NCBI GenBank assembly: GCA_963794325.1
Contig: CAWCDG010000004.1
Coordinates: 1,056,001 to 1,120,000, forward strand
From: an uncultured delta proteobacterium
GTDB lineage: Bacteria > Desulfobacterota > Binatia > Binatales > Binataceae
Length of the DNA stretch: 64,000 nt
Direction: 5' to 3'
Each line of letters begins with the position of its first letter. Position 1 is the first letter of the stretch. Under the pieces are notes generated by a model that was not told the origin of the DNA, made no database searches, and worked only from the letters and a program-made list of their open reading frames with translations. Below, one piece after another: positions 1-9,254 of this stretch. Made by a program: the position numbers and the translations under genes.

Positions 1-716
1 CCTCGAATGGCCTGGCGCTCAGCGGCAACGCCACAATGACCGCGCCGAGCATCGGGGTGGTGGGTGGTTACACCGGCGGCGGCAGCTCTACCTATACACC
101 GACGCCGAAGACCGCGGTGATAGCGGCGTCCGATCCGCTGGCCTATGTGCAGGCGCCGACCGTCGGCTCGTGCGCCCATACTAATTTTTCGCTGAGCAAC
201 TCTGGAACCAGCAGCAGTTACTCCCAAGTTTATGCCGGAACATATTGCGGCGGGATCCAGATCACGAACGGGTACACGCATTTCAACGCCGGGACTTACG
301 TACTCGCTGGCGGCGGGCTGTCGGAAAATGGACACCCGACGATGAGCGGCACGGGAATAACATTTTACAACACCACTGGAACCGGCGGTTACCAGCCAAT
401 TGCGTTGACTGGAAACACGACGGTGAATTTCAGTGCGCCGACCTCGGGAGCGCTGGCGGGAATCCTGTTCTTTCAGGATCGGTCGATACCGGGCAGCGCG
501 GCGGGCAGTACATTAAACGGCACTTCGACCTCGACCTACGACGGCGCACTCTACTTCCCGACGACCACGCTTACGTTGGGCGGGAACAGCAGCGCCAACG
601 GCTATATGATCGTGGTCGCAGACAAGATTTCGCTTGGCGGCAACGCGTCGCTTGGCATCAACTATTCGTCGTTGAGTAACGGCTCACCGATCAAAGGAAC
701 GGTGCTGGCCGAATGA
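1..716 (+). CDS. TadG-like pilus-associated/adhesin protein, C-terminal part (5' end outside window)
   Basis: Gly/Ser/Asn/Thr-rich ORF open from the window edge; strongly paralogous to 713..1963 (shared GILFFQDRSIP and GSPIKGTVLAE C-terminus). Confidence 0.7.
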   Translation, partial: SNGLALSGNATMTAPSIGVVGGYTGGGSSTYTPTPKTAVIAASDPLAYVQAPTVGSCAHTNFSLSNSGTSSSYSQVYAGTYCGGIQITNGYTHFNAGTYVLAGGGLSENGHPTMSGTGITFYNTTGTGGYQPIALTGNTTVNFSAPTSGALAGILFFQDRSIPGSAAGSTLNGTSTSTYDGALYFPTTTLTLGGNSSANGYMIVVADKISLGGNASLGINYSSLSNGSPIKGTVLAE

Positions 717-1963
717 ATACGAACAAGACCCGGATGTTGGACCCGCGCGCGCCGGGGCAGGTGATGGTGCTGATCTGCGTATCGCTGGTCGCGTTGATGG
801 GCATGATTGGGGTCGTGACCGACTTCAGCTTCATGCAGCATCAAAGGAACATGATGCAGACCGCGGCGGACAGCGCGGCGATGGCCGGCTCCCAGGAACT
901 GAGTTATGGCGACATGGCGGCGGCGGGCAAAGCGGACGCGGCCAGGAACGGGTACACCGACGGCACCAGCAGTGTCACGGTGACGATCAACAATCCGCCG
1001 AGCAGCGGACCGTACGCGGCGAACTCGGCGTACGTCGAGGCGATCGTCAGCAAGCCCGAGCCGACTTATTTTATGCGCGCGCTCGGGGTCGGCACGCTGA
1101 CCGTGTCGGCGCGCGCGGTGGCGTATGAGGGCAGCGGGCCGAATTGCATCTACGTGTTAAATCCGTCGGCCCCGTCGGCGTTCTCTGCCAACGGCAATGT
1201 TGACGTGAACAGCAGCTGCGGCTTGCTGGTGGACTCGAGCTCGTCGACTGGTTTGTCGGTCGTCGGCAACGTCCAGATCACCGCGCCGAGCATCGGCGTC
1301 ACGGGGGGATACAGCTCCGGCGGCAATTCGAGCCTTACGCCCACGCCGAAGACCGGGGTGATTCCGGCATCCGATCCGCTTTCCAACCTGCAGGCGCCGA
1401 CGGTCGGTTCATGCGCTCATACCAATTTTTCGCTTAACGGGAACAGCGGCAGCAGCGGCAGTCCCTATCAGCTCTATGCTGGAACCTATTGCGGCGGAAT
1501 CAGCGTCAATGGGAATGCCGTGCTGCATTTCAACGCGGGAACTTACGTGCTCGCTGGCGGCGGCATGAGCATCAGCTCCAACACCACAATGAGCGGCACT
1601 GGAGTGACCTTTTACAACACGACCGGCACCGGGGGTTACGGGGGAATTTCGTTCGGCGGCAACAGCACCGTAAATTTAAGTGCGCCCACCTCGGGGCCGC
1701 TGACCGGAATCCTGTTTTTTCAGGATCGATCGATCCCGACCAGCGGCGCGGCCAGCACCTTCACCGGAAATTCGAGTTCGACTTTCGACGGCGCGATCTA
1801 CTTCCCGACGACTAGCCTCAGCTTCCATGGGAACAGCAGCTCCAACGGCTACAGCATCCTGGTGGCGTACCAGTTGACGCTGAGTGGCAACGACTCCCTC
1901 GGCTCCAACTACACCTCGTTGACCGGCGGTTCGCCAATCAAAGGAACGGTGCTGGCCGAGTGA
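713..1963 (+). CDS. TadG-like Flp pilus assembly protein with N-terminal Tad domain and beta-rich C-terminal domain
   Basis: GQ-hydrophobic prepilin-like start, QTAADSAAMAG Tad motif; ATGA overlap with upstream paralog. Confidence 0.8.
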   Translation: MNTNKTRMLDPRAPGQVMVLICVSLVALMGMIGVVTDFSFMQHQRNMMQTAADSAAMAGSQELSYGDMAAAGKADAARNGYTDGTSSVTVTINNPPSSGPYAANSAYVEAIVSKPEPTYFMRALGVGTLTVSARAVAYEGSGPNCIYVLNPSAPSAFSANGNVDVNSSCGLLVDSSSSTGLSVVGNVQITAPSIGVTGGYSSGGNSSLTPTPKTGVIPASDPLSNLQAPTVGSCAHTNFSLNGNSGSSGSPYQLYAGTYCGGISVNGNAVLHFNAGTYVLAGGGMSISSNTTMSGTGVTFYNTTGTGGYGGISFGGNSTVNLSAPTSGPLTGILFFQDRSIPTSGAASTFTGNSSSTFDGAIYFPTTSLSFHGNSSSNGYSILVAYQLTLSGNDSLGSNYTSLTGGSPIKGTVLAE

Positions 1964-2433
1964 ATTCAACCGGCAAATCAGGTTGGATGCGGCGCCGTGG
2001 CGGCGGACGGCGGCGTCGCGGGCAGGCGTCGGTCGAGCTGGCGCTGAGTCTGCCGCTGTTGCTGATGATGTTCCTGGTAGTGGTGGAAACCGGCCGCGCA
2101 TTCTACATCGCGATTTCGGTCGCCAACGCGGCGCGGGCCGGGGTTCAATACGGTTCGCAGAACCTGTCGACCGCTGCCGACAATGCGGGGATGCAGTCAG
2201 CGGCGGCCAACGATGCGCCGAATCTCACCGGCATGACGGCGGTCGCGACTCATTTCTGCAAATGCTCCGACGGCACGGCGTCGACCTGCCTGGCGACCGA
2301 TTGCGCCGGCAGCCATCGGCTGCTGTACACGCAGGTCAATACCAGCGCGTCGTACACGCCGCTGATCAATTTCATGGGAATCCTGCCGCCGATTACCGTG
2401 CCGGGCAAAGCAATCATGCGCGTAGTTCAATGA
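1960..2433 (+). CDS. TadE/TadF family pseudopilin
   Basis: RGQASVELALSLP prepilin motif, NAARAGVQY motif. Confidence 0.85.
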   Translation: MNSTGKSGWMRRRGGGRRRRGQASVELALSLPLLLMMFLVVVETGRAFYIAISVANAARAGVQYGSQNLSTAADNAGMQSAAANDAPNLTGMTAVATHFCKCSDGTASTCLATDCAGSHRLLYTQVNTSASYTPLINFMGILPPITVPGKAIMRVVQ

Positions 2434-2876
2434 AGCGCGGCGGCCTCAAGCAATGGTGGCGGCGATTGCGTGATGCGGCGCGCCGATCGAATCCGGCACA
2501 GGCGGTGGCCGAGTTCGCGCTGGTGCTGACGCCGTGTCTGGCGCTGTTTTTCGGCGTGATCAACTTTGCGCTGGCGCTCTACAGTTACGATTTCGTTTGT
2601 TACAGCGCACAGCAGGCGGTCCGGTATGCAACGGTCCACGGCTCGACGGCAACCACAGTGGTGTCCGCGACCGACGTTCACAACTATGTGAACTCGTTGG
2701 TGGTCGGCGTGCTGAAGACGAGTTCGCTGACCGTCAACACGACCTGGTCTCCAAACAACAAGCCCGGGAGCATCGTGACCGTGGTGGTCAGCTACAATTT
2801 CCCGCCGCTGACAAGCCTGGTTTCGTCGGTCACGATCCCGCTGACCCGCACCGCCGCGATGGTGATTACGCAGTAG
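2430..2876 (+). CDS. TadE family pseudopilin
   Basis: ATG at 2430 overlapping previous stop; AQAVAEFALV and SAQQAVRYA motifs. Confidence 0.8.
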   Translation: MKRGGLKQWWRRLRDAARRSNPAQAVAEFALVLTPCLALFFGVINFALALYSYDFVCYSAQQAVRYATVHGSTATTVVSATDVHNYVNSLVVGVLKTSSLTVNTTWSPNNKPGSIVTVVVSYNFPPLTSLVSSVTIPLTRTAAMVITQ

Positions 2877-3607
2877 GGATCGCGGTTTGATCACGAGCTC
2901 GGTTGTCGTTCTTCGCGTTGCACTGGATGGTGGAAATTTCCGCAACCAGCGGTCACTTGACCGATGATCAGGAAACTCAGGAAGGTGGCAGGGGCTCCTG
3001 CGGAGCTGCTCGCTGCATCATTTGTTCCGCCACCGCTTGCGGAACTAGCGTGATGCCGCCTTGGCCGAAGGCGCCCTCAGCACGGCCGGCACCGCTGACG
3101 AATGATGGCACGGCAGGCGCACCGATGCCGACATCTCTAGAGCTGATCCCGCCGACGTGCAGGTAGACCGTCTGGCCGGGTTGCACGTTGACCGGAACGG
3201 TGCCAGGGCCTTGGGCGCGCGTTCCTGATCCGGCGGAGAAGTTGTGGGCGCCGGGGCGTATGGTCACCTTGGCGTAGTGTCCCCCGTTCATCATCGCGAT
3301 CACCTGGTCACCGTCCTGCACCGAGAGCTTCGCGTTGGCAAAGTCCGTATCAACGATGACTGCGATAGCGGACGCGGCGTCGGCCGGATAGCTCGGCGGT
3401 GTCGACTGCCCGCCGCATCCGAGGAGCGCGGTGAGCGCGGCAACCATCACGAAAGTGTGGAGTTTCATTTTTCTCGGAATTTTTTTGAAACCCTGATTGA
3501 GACTCACACGACACCAAGCCGTTTGCAAACTCGAAGTTCGGCGAAGTCGCGGCAGTAAAAGCGAGGCCAGTATGACCCGCACCGCCGCGACGGTGATTAC
3601 GCAGTAG
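2842..3607 (+). repeat. 35-bp direct repeat (2842-2876 and 3573-3607) of the tadE 3' end
   Basis: tgacccgcaccgccgcga(t/c)ggtgattacgcagtag, one mismatch. Confidence 0.95.
2977..3468 (-). CDS. Lipoprotein, DUF2846-like
   Basis: Signal peptide with lipobox LLGC; Ig-like YAKVTIRPGAH and VQPGQTVYL segments; start taken at ATG 3468. Confidence 0.65.
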   Translation of the reverse strand: MKLHTFVMVAALTALLGCGGQSTPPSYPADAASAIAVIVDTDFANAKLSVQDGDQVIAMMNGGHYAKVTIRPGAHNFSAGSGTRAQGPGTVPVNVQPGQTVYLHVGGISSRDVGIGAPAVPSFVSGAGRAEGAFGQGGITLVPQAVAEQMMQRAAPQEPLPPS

Positions 3608-3630
3608 CATGACGTCCCGCAAATATCTTT

Positions 3631-3748
3631 AAGAACGGAGCCCTAACCCTGGCCCCTTCCCCAGCAAAGGGGAAGGGGATTTGAAGTAGCTATTCCGCCA
3701 CGTCCTATCCCCCTCACCCCCTTTCCCGCGGGAAAGGGGGAACAGAAG
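3631..3748 (+). repeat. Composite two-hairpin REP-like element (family B)
   Basis: Near reverse complement of 54936-55050, including the spacer ctattccgcc.cgtcctatccccctcaccccctt. Confidence 0.85.
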
Positions 3749-3847
3749 CTTCGCTGAGACTTGAAAGCGCGGTGGGTGGCTGTTCCATAACGAATCGAAC
3801 CTAGACCATTTGTTTGTGGGACACGACACTAGCGATCGAAAAACATC

Positions 3848-3877
3848 TTGAGCAATTAATCACATCATGATATGATG
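3848..3877 (+). promoter_or_regulatory. Sigma70-like promoter with overlapping palindromic operator for the TA operon
   Basis: TTGAGC-N17-TATGAT; inverted repeat CATCAT-gat-ATGATG (3863-3877) covers the -10. Confidence 0.6.
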
Positions 3878-3910
3878 AGTTAAATAGAGAAGCAAAACTG
3901 GCGACAGTCA

Positions 3911-4255
3911 ATGAAGGCCAGACCCGACTATGAACTGGAAACGCTTCTGGAGCTTGATGGCTTCGAGTTCGACTTCGCTAAGAAATACGTCGTCAAATTC
4001 GAAGCGCGCCGGGTTGCGGCTACGAAGGGCCGCCCATCGGGGATCAAATATAGCCTCACGCTGCACGACCCAAAGAGAAAGAGGATTTACGGAATCGATA
4101 ACGCGCACAAGACGGGACGGCGGCGCGAATTTGACCATCGCCATCCGCATCGATCCGCCAGGCTCGTCGTCTACGAATATCGCGGCCCGGCGGACCTGCT
4201 TGAAGACTTTTTCGGGGAAGTCGAGCGAATCCTGAAAGAACGAGGTGTCCTGTGA
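3911..4255 (+). CDS. DUF6516 (TumE-like) putative toxin
   Basis: KYSLTLH...GIDNAH...DHRH motifs; translationally coupled to a downstream HTH gene. Confidence 0.7.
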   Translation: MKARPDYELETLLELDGFEFDFAKKYVVKFEARRVAATKGRPSGIKYSLTLHDPKRKRIYGIDNAHKTGRRREFDHRHPHRSARLVVYEYRGPADLLEDFFGEVERILKERGVL

Positions 4256-4674
4256 AGAAGCGCACGCGAAAGCCCGGGACCTTCAAGACGGGAAGCTTTC
4301 GGGAATTCAAAGAATTTACGCTTGGCGTGGTGCGAGGGAAACGCAAGGTAGATCCGAGGGATCCCAAAATCTGGGTCGAAGCGATTGACTCCTCGGAACA
4401 GAGAGCCACTCAGATTCAATTCCAGTCGCTGGAAGCTGGTGTCAAGCTTCTGTCGCCGAAGAACCGCGCTCTGTTGCGCACGATCGCAGATCGGCGGCCG
4501 AAATCGGTCAGCGAACTTGCCATTCTGACCCACCGCGCTGAACAGAACCTTCTGCGGACCCTACACAAGATGTCGGAGGCGGGCCTCGTTCGCCTCGATA
4601 GAGGCGAGGGCCGCTCCTACCAGCCTGTCGTGACAGCGCGAACAGTCCATTTCGAAATCGACCTTCTGGGTTGA
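4252..4674 (+). CDS. Winged-HTH putative antitoxin/transcriptional regulator
   Basis: F.SLE...LLSPKNRALLRTI...PKSVSELA...R...NL.RTL pattern; GTGA overlap. Confidence 0.75.
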   Translation: MKKRTRKPGTFKTGSFREFKEFTLGVVRGKRKVDPRDPKIWVEAIDSSEQRATQIQFQSLEAGVKLLSPKNRALLRTIADRRPKSVSELAILTHRAEQNLLRTLHKMSEAGLVRLDRGEGRSYQPVVTARTVHFEIDLLG

Positions 4675-4680
4675 GCAGCT

Positions 4681-6027
4681 TCAGAAATAGATCGGATCGA
4701 CGTACAGGCCATGGTCTTGACTGTCAGGCGGTTCAGCGATTCCCGGAGTCCACATGTTGAACGGCTCGACCTCGCGTGCGAGGGAGCGAAGGACCTCTAC
4801 TCCTGGCGATGACGGCGAGCTGAAAATCGACAGTGTGTCCATGCCGCTTTTGTGAATCCATCCGCACGCGGCCCGCAGCAGTGCTTCGAACTCGCGCTCC
4901 GCGCCGGGCTTGAATGCGTAATCGAGCACCACTCCGCGCAGAGATTCTGTGCGCACGCCGTTGGTCTCTGACACTACCCTCAGCGATTTGCCGGCCGGCC
5001 ACACACCGACAATCGCGCCGTCGGTCATCCATACTTTGTCCCACGAATATAGTTCGGGCGCGCGTTCCATCCGTGCGCGCAGAGACTCGACGGTGTACGG
5101 CACGTACATCTCCTCGCGTCCGTGAAACGAGTTCAGCAACTGGACGATCGTGGGCGCGTCGGCGGACGTGGCGATGCGTCCAGCCGCGGGACCAGCGAGC
5201 GCGGCGCATCCCAACTGAACCCGAAACGCGAGGATGCTCCACTTGTTCGGCGTGTTGATGAATCCGTGCTGCATGCCGGCGTTGTCCACCGAAATGTAGG
5301 CGTGCGAGCCGTCGACGGTCTTCCAGTACTTGTCGAGGATTCGATTCGCGGCACCCCAAAGGCCCTTGCGCTGATGCTCGGGCAGGACGCGCAGATGCAC
5401 GACCGTCACGATCGGGCGGATGACTCCGCCGATTCGCACTCGATGTTTGGTGCCGCAGCTGACCGCGGCGGGAATTCCGTCAACCGACGCGATTCCGATG
5501 GCGCAATCCTCCATCAGCCGCGCGAAGGCGAAATAATCCGTTCCGCGATCGAAGTGGACGTGAGTATCGCCAAGCACGATTGGGCATCGGCGCTCGATGT
5601 CCGCGAGGATCGGCGCGTCGGCCTCGGTCGCTTCGCGAACCTCGAGCTTGAACTCGAACTGCCGCTCCCAGTTGAGGAGCGAAATACGATGAGGCGGATC
5701 AGGTTCGACTTCGACTGATAGCTGCCACTTGCGGTTCTTGGCCGCGGTGATTCGCGCGTCGATCTTGAATTCGGATCGCTCTTCGACCGACAACTCCGAT
5801 ATTTCACCCATCCGGGCGGCGAACCCGCGCCAACCCTCGCGTTCCTGGTCGTCGCTTTCGAATGGGCCCATCCGCGGCGCGAACTCGGGAGTGTAGCGCT
5901 CGCGATCGGCAATCGAGGCGCCCGCGCCCGCCGACAGAAGCAACCCGAGGTACCATTTCAGCTGTCGGCCAGCCTGAGAGTCGGGAATATCCTTAAGCAA
6001 TGCCGGCGCGCTATTCATTTCAATCAT
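4681..6027 (-). CDS. GNAT-fold N-acetyltransferase-like protein with an extra N-terminal domain
   Basis: VREATEADA and HLRVLPEHQRKGL acetyl-CoA-binding motifs; second GNAT-like repeat (RIATSADA). Confidence 0.6.
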   Translation of the reverse strand: MIEMNSAPALLKDIPDSQAGRQLKWYLGLLLSAGAGASIADRERYTPEFAPRMGPFESDDQEREGWRGFAARMGEISELSVEERSEFKIDARITAAKNRKWQLSVEVEPDPPHRISLLNWERQFEFKLEVREATEADAPILADIERRCPIVLGDTHVHFDRGTDYFAFARLMEDCAIGIASVDGIPAAVSCGTKHRVRIGGVIRPIVTVVHLRVLPEHQRKGLWGAANRILDKYWKTVDGSHAYISVDNAGMQHGFINTPNKWSILAFRVQLGCAALAGPAAGRIATSADAPTIVQLLNSFHGREEMYVPYTVESLRARMERAPELYSWDKVWMTDGAIVGVWPAGKSLRVVSETNGVRTESLRGVVLDYAFKPGAEREFEALLRAACGWIHKSGMDTLSIFSSPSSPGVEVLRSLAREVEPFNMWTPGIAEPPDSQDHGLYVDPIYF

Positions 6028-6135
6028 CGCTCGCTCATGCCGCAGAAGAAAAAGAGCACTCGATAAGAAGGTTCTCTATAACCCTGAGGGTCGCTTGAAT
6101 CCAGCGTGCGCGGCGGCGGCATCGCGGACACAAAG

Positions 6136-6186
6136 ATGAATCATATTCATTTTTCTTGACATAGGAGGCGTGTTGCGGCATAAACA
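6136..6186 (+). promoter_or_regulatory. Palindromic operator plus -35 box upstream of the TetR gene
   Basis: ATGAAT-cat-ATTCAT (6136-6150) just before TTGACA (6156-6161) in a divergent intergenic region. Confidence 0.6.
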
Positions 6187-6191
6187 TCTCA

Positions 6192-6845
6192 ATGCGCTCG
6201 TCCCTGGAAATACCGGCTGGCCGCCGCGAGCGGCAGAAGCTGGAACGCGAACGGCGGATTCTTGCCGCGGCGCGACGCCTGTTCGATCGCAAGGGCTACG
6301 CGGACACCTCGATGGAGAACGTTGCCGCGCGCGCCGGACTCGCGGTTGGCACGCTCTACAATTATTTCTCGTCGAAGGAGCAACTGCTGTTCGCGATAAG
6401 CCGGAGCGACACCGAGCAGCTGGTGAAGATCGGGGAGCGGATTCTCGCCGATCCGCCGGACGATCCAGTCGAAGCGATTGCGGCGCTCACCGAGGTGATG
6501 GTGAACGGGATCACGTCGAGCGAGCGGCGGCTATGGCGCGAGCTGTTCGTCGCTGCGATCGCCGCGCCGGACACGCTGGGCGCGCGGCTGTTCGCACTCG
6601 ATATGCGGCTGATCGCGCAACTGACGACGATGCTCGATCGGCTGAAAACGCGAGGGGCGATAGATGCGAGCGTCGATACGTCGCGGGCGGCGGGGCTGTT
6701 CTACAACATCTGCCTGACCTGGGCCATCGCGTTTGCGACTCGCGACGACCTGACAATCGAAACTATGCGCGCCGAAATATCCGAGAGCGTGCGAATTACC
6801 ATGCACGGGATACTTCCGCGTAATCCCGCGAAGGAGAAGCGATGA
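6192..6845 (+). CDS. TetR/AcrR family regulator
   Basis: GYADTSMENVAARAGLAVGTLYNYFSSKE helix-turn-helix. Confidence 0.95.
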   Translation: MRSSLEIPAGRRERQKLERERRILAAARRLFDRKGYADTSMENVAARAGLAVGTLYNYFSSKEQLLFAISRSDTEQLVKIGERILADPPDDPVEAIAALTEVMVNGITSSERRLWRELFVAAIAAPDTLGARLFALDMRLIAQLTTMLDRLKTRGAIDASVDTSRAAGLFYNICLTWAIAFATRDDLTIETMRAEISESVRITMHGILPRNPAKEKR

Positions 6846-7873
6846 ACGTACAAGCTTTCGACGATGGCTCTGAGAGTGGGAGTCGAGACGTGCCCGGATG
6901 GTATCCGATCGCCGCGAGCAGCGGCGTGGTCCGGCGCAAACCAATCGGCGTGAAACGCTTCGGAGAGGCGTTGGTGCTATGGCGCGCCGACGATGGCCGC
7001 GTAGTGTGCATCCCCGATCGATGCTCTCATCGTTCGGCGGCTCTCAGTGCCGGCAAGATTCGCGGCGGATGTCTCGAGTGTCCCTATCATGGCCTTCGCT
7101 TCAACGCCGCGGGACGCTGCGTGCTGATTCCGGCCAACGGTGTTGGCGCGCCGGTGCCGGCTGGATTCGACTTGCGCACGATCAGCGTGCGCGAAGAGCA
7201 TGGGATCGTGTGGTACTGGCACGGCGAGGGCGAGCCCGCGCAGGAGGTCCCCTGGATTCCGGGCGCAAGCGAGCCGGGATTCGGCGCCACTGAGTATTGG
7301 TACGACGCGGCGGTTCCATATTTGCGGATCGTCGAGAACCTGGCAGACTTTCACCATTTTCCGATCCTGCACAAGTCGATGCTTCCCGGAGTCGGCACGC
7401 GAATGGACGAGATGGACGCGCATGTCGAGGGCAAAATCGTCGTGTTCAGCGCGACGATGCGCTACGAAAAGTCCGGCGCGTTCCGGCGCGACACTATAAT
7501 GAAGGCGCGCTTCACGCTTCCGGCGATTGCGCTGATCGAGTTCGGCGGTTTTTTCGTGAACTATTTTCTGTGCCCGATCGACGACGATAACTGCTGGGTA
7601 TTCGGGCGGTATCGCGGCATCAAAATCCGGGGGTTGGTTGCGCAAGCTGTCGGAAAACTGGGCGCGCGTTACGATCGCGCGATCTTTATGCTGCAAGACA
7701 AGCGCGTGCTCCTTTCGCAGAGCGATCCTCCGGGCGACCTGTCGCATTTCAAACTTTATCCGGCGGATCGCGCGATTGCGCTGTTCTGGGGATTGCGTAA
7801 GCAGGCAATCCTCGAAGCGCAGGGCAGCAAGACTGCGCTACAGAATGATTCGGCCGCAGCCGCGGCCCGGTGA
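6842..7873 (+). CDS. Rieske non-heme iron oxygenase, alpha subunit (VanA/KshA-like)
   Basis: Rieske CSH...CPYH ligands; ENLADFHHFPILH mononuclear iron motif. Confidence 0.9.
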   Translation: MNVQAFDDGSESGSRDVPGWYPIAASSGVVRRKPIGVKRFGEALVLWRADDGRVVCIPDRCSHRSAALSAGKIRGGCLECPYHGLRFNAAGRCVLIPANGVGAPVPAGFDLRTISVREEHGIVWYWHGEGEPAQEVPWIPGASEPGFGATEYWYDAAVPYLRIVENLADFHHFPILHKSMLPGVGTRMDEMDAHVEGKIVVFSATMRYEKSGAFRRDTIMKARFTLPAIALIEFGGFFVNYFLCPIDDDNCWVFGRYRGIKIRGLVAQAVGKLGARYDRAIFMLQDKRVLLSQSDPPGDLSHFKLYPADRAIALFWGLRKQAILEAQGSKTALQNDSAAAAAR

Positions 7874-7910
7874 ATGGGGAAGCCCTTCAAGTGGGCGTCG
7901 AGGAACCTTA

Positions 7911-8114
7911 ATTGTAGTGAAACCCACGACGGGTTTGCAGGGGTGACCCCTGCACCCAGTGAAAAAGACGCGCGCACATTCGAGTATCAAGTTCGCGCGC
8001 ACCGCGCTCGCCACGCCCCAAAACACTTCTAACAGGGACGAAGTCCCGCATCTTTCTTAATACTGGGTGCAGGGGTCACCCCTGCCGAGGGCGCGGGGCG
8101 AGGAGCCCCGCATC
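7911..8114. repeat. Family A hairpin-repeat doublet (inverted pair)
   Basis: gcaggggtgacccctgcacccagt at 7937-7960 and its reverse complement at 8062-8085, plus gggacttcgtccc hairpin on the minus strand. Confidence 0.9.
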
Positions 8115-8227
8115 TTCGAGCGAGCCCTCGAGCGCGGGCTGTTGGTTTGTCACGGAAACGCATGGGGATTAGCATTGAGGTTCTGCGGCTCGGTTCGGAC
8201 CGACCACAAACTCACAGAGGGTCAAAC

Positions 8228-8713
8228 ATGGCAGAGAATTCGAACAAGATACTTGCTCCGGGCACTGCGGCACCGGATTTTTCGCTGCATAGTACGCCCG
8301 ATCAACTCGTGTCGTTGAGTGATTTTCGTGGCGCGCCGTTGATTGTGGCGTTCTACCCGGCGGACTGGAGTCCGGTGTGCGGCGATCAGATGGCGCTCTA
8401 TAATGAGGTGCTCCCCGAGTTCCATCGTTTCAAGGCGGCGATTGTCGGGATCTCGGTCGATGGGGCCTGGTGCCATGATGCGTTCGCGCAGAATCGCAAG
8501 TTGCACTTTCCGCTGCTGGCGGATTTCGAGCCCAAGGGTGCGGTCGCGCGCAAGTACGGCGCTTATCGCGATCACGAAGGCGTCTGCGAGCGGGCGCTGT
8601 TCGTGATCGATCCGAAGGGGACGATTGCATGGAGCTACCTGTCGCCGGTCGGCGTCAATCCCGGCGCCGACGGGATACTCGAAGCACTCGAAACGCTCGC
8701 GGCAAAAAAGTAG
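8228..8713 (+). CDS. Peroxiredoxin (AhpC/TSA, AhpE-like)
   Basis: FYPADWSPVC peroxidatic motif, PLLADF, RALFVID. Confidence 0.9.
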   Translation: MAENSNKILAPGTAAPDFSLHSTPDQLVSLSDFRGAPLIVAFYPADWSPVCGDQMALYNEVLPEFHRFKAAIVGISVDGAWCHDAFAQNRKLHFPLLADFEPKGAVARKYGAYRDHEGVCERALFVIDPKGTIAWSYLSPVGVNPGADGILEALETLAAKK

Positions 8714-8723
8714 GGAAGCCCTG

Positions 8724-9254
8724 ATGAGTCCATCTGCGAAACTCAAGCCAGTGGTCGGCGCGAACGATCACGTTCAGGGTGCGGCGACGGCGCCAGTGAC
8801 GCTGGTCGAGTATGGAGACTACGAATGTCCCTACTGCGGCGAAGCGTACCCGATTGTGAAGGCGTTGCAAAAACGCCTGGGCGATAAGGTGCGTTTTGTT
8901 TTTCGGAATTTTCCGCTAGCCGAGGCGCATCCGCATGCCGAGCACGCGGCGGAAGCGGCCGAGGCGGCCGGCGCGCAGGGCAAGTTCTGGGAGATGCATG
9001 ACCTGCTGTACGAGAATCAGGATGCGCTCGAGGATGAAGACCTCGCGCGGTACGCGAAGGCGCTACATCTCGATGTTCCTCGGTTCGTCAAGGAGATGGA
9101 GGGGCATGATCACTTCGAGCGGATCCGTGCGGATTTCAGCAGCGGCGTGAGGAGCGGAGTCAACGGCACGCCGAGCTTCTTCATTAATGGTGCGCGTCAC
9201 GACGGGCCTTTCGATCTTGGATCGTTGCTGGCAGCGATTGAGGAAGCCCTCTGA
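8724..9254 (+). CDS. DsbA-like thioredoxin-fold protein
   Basis: EYGDYECPYC and GVNGTPSFFING. Confidence 0.9.
   Translation: MSPSAKLKPVVGANDHVQGAATAPVTLVEYGDYECPYCGEAYPIVKALQKRLGDKVRFVFRNFPLAEAHPHAEHAAEAAEAAGAQGKFWEMHDLLYENQDALEDEDLARYAKALHLDVPRFVKEMEGHDHFERIRADFSSGVRSGVNGTPSFFINGARHDGPFDLGSLLAAIEEAL

Noticed and set aside
1-1963. Paralogous tad genes as a DGR template/variable repeat pair
   Set aside because: Both are intact ORFs, differences are not confined to adenines, and no reverse transcriptase is present.
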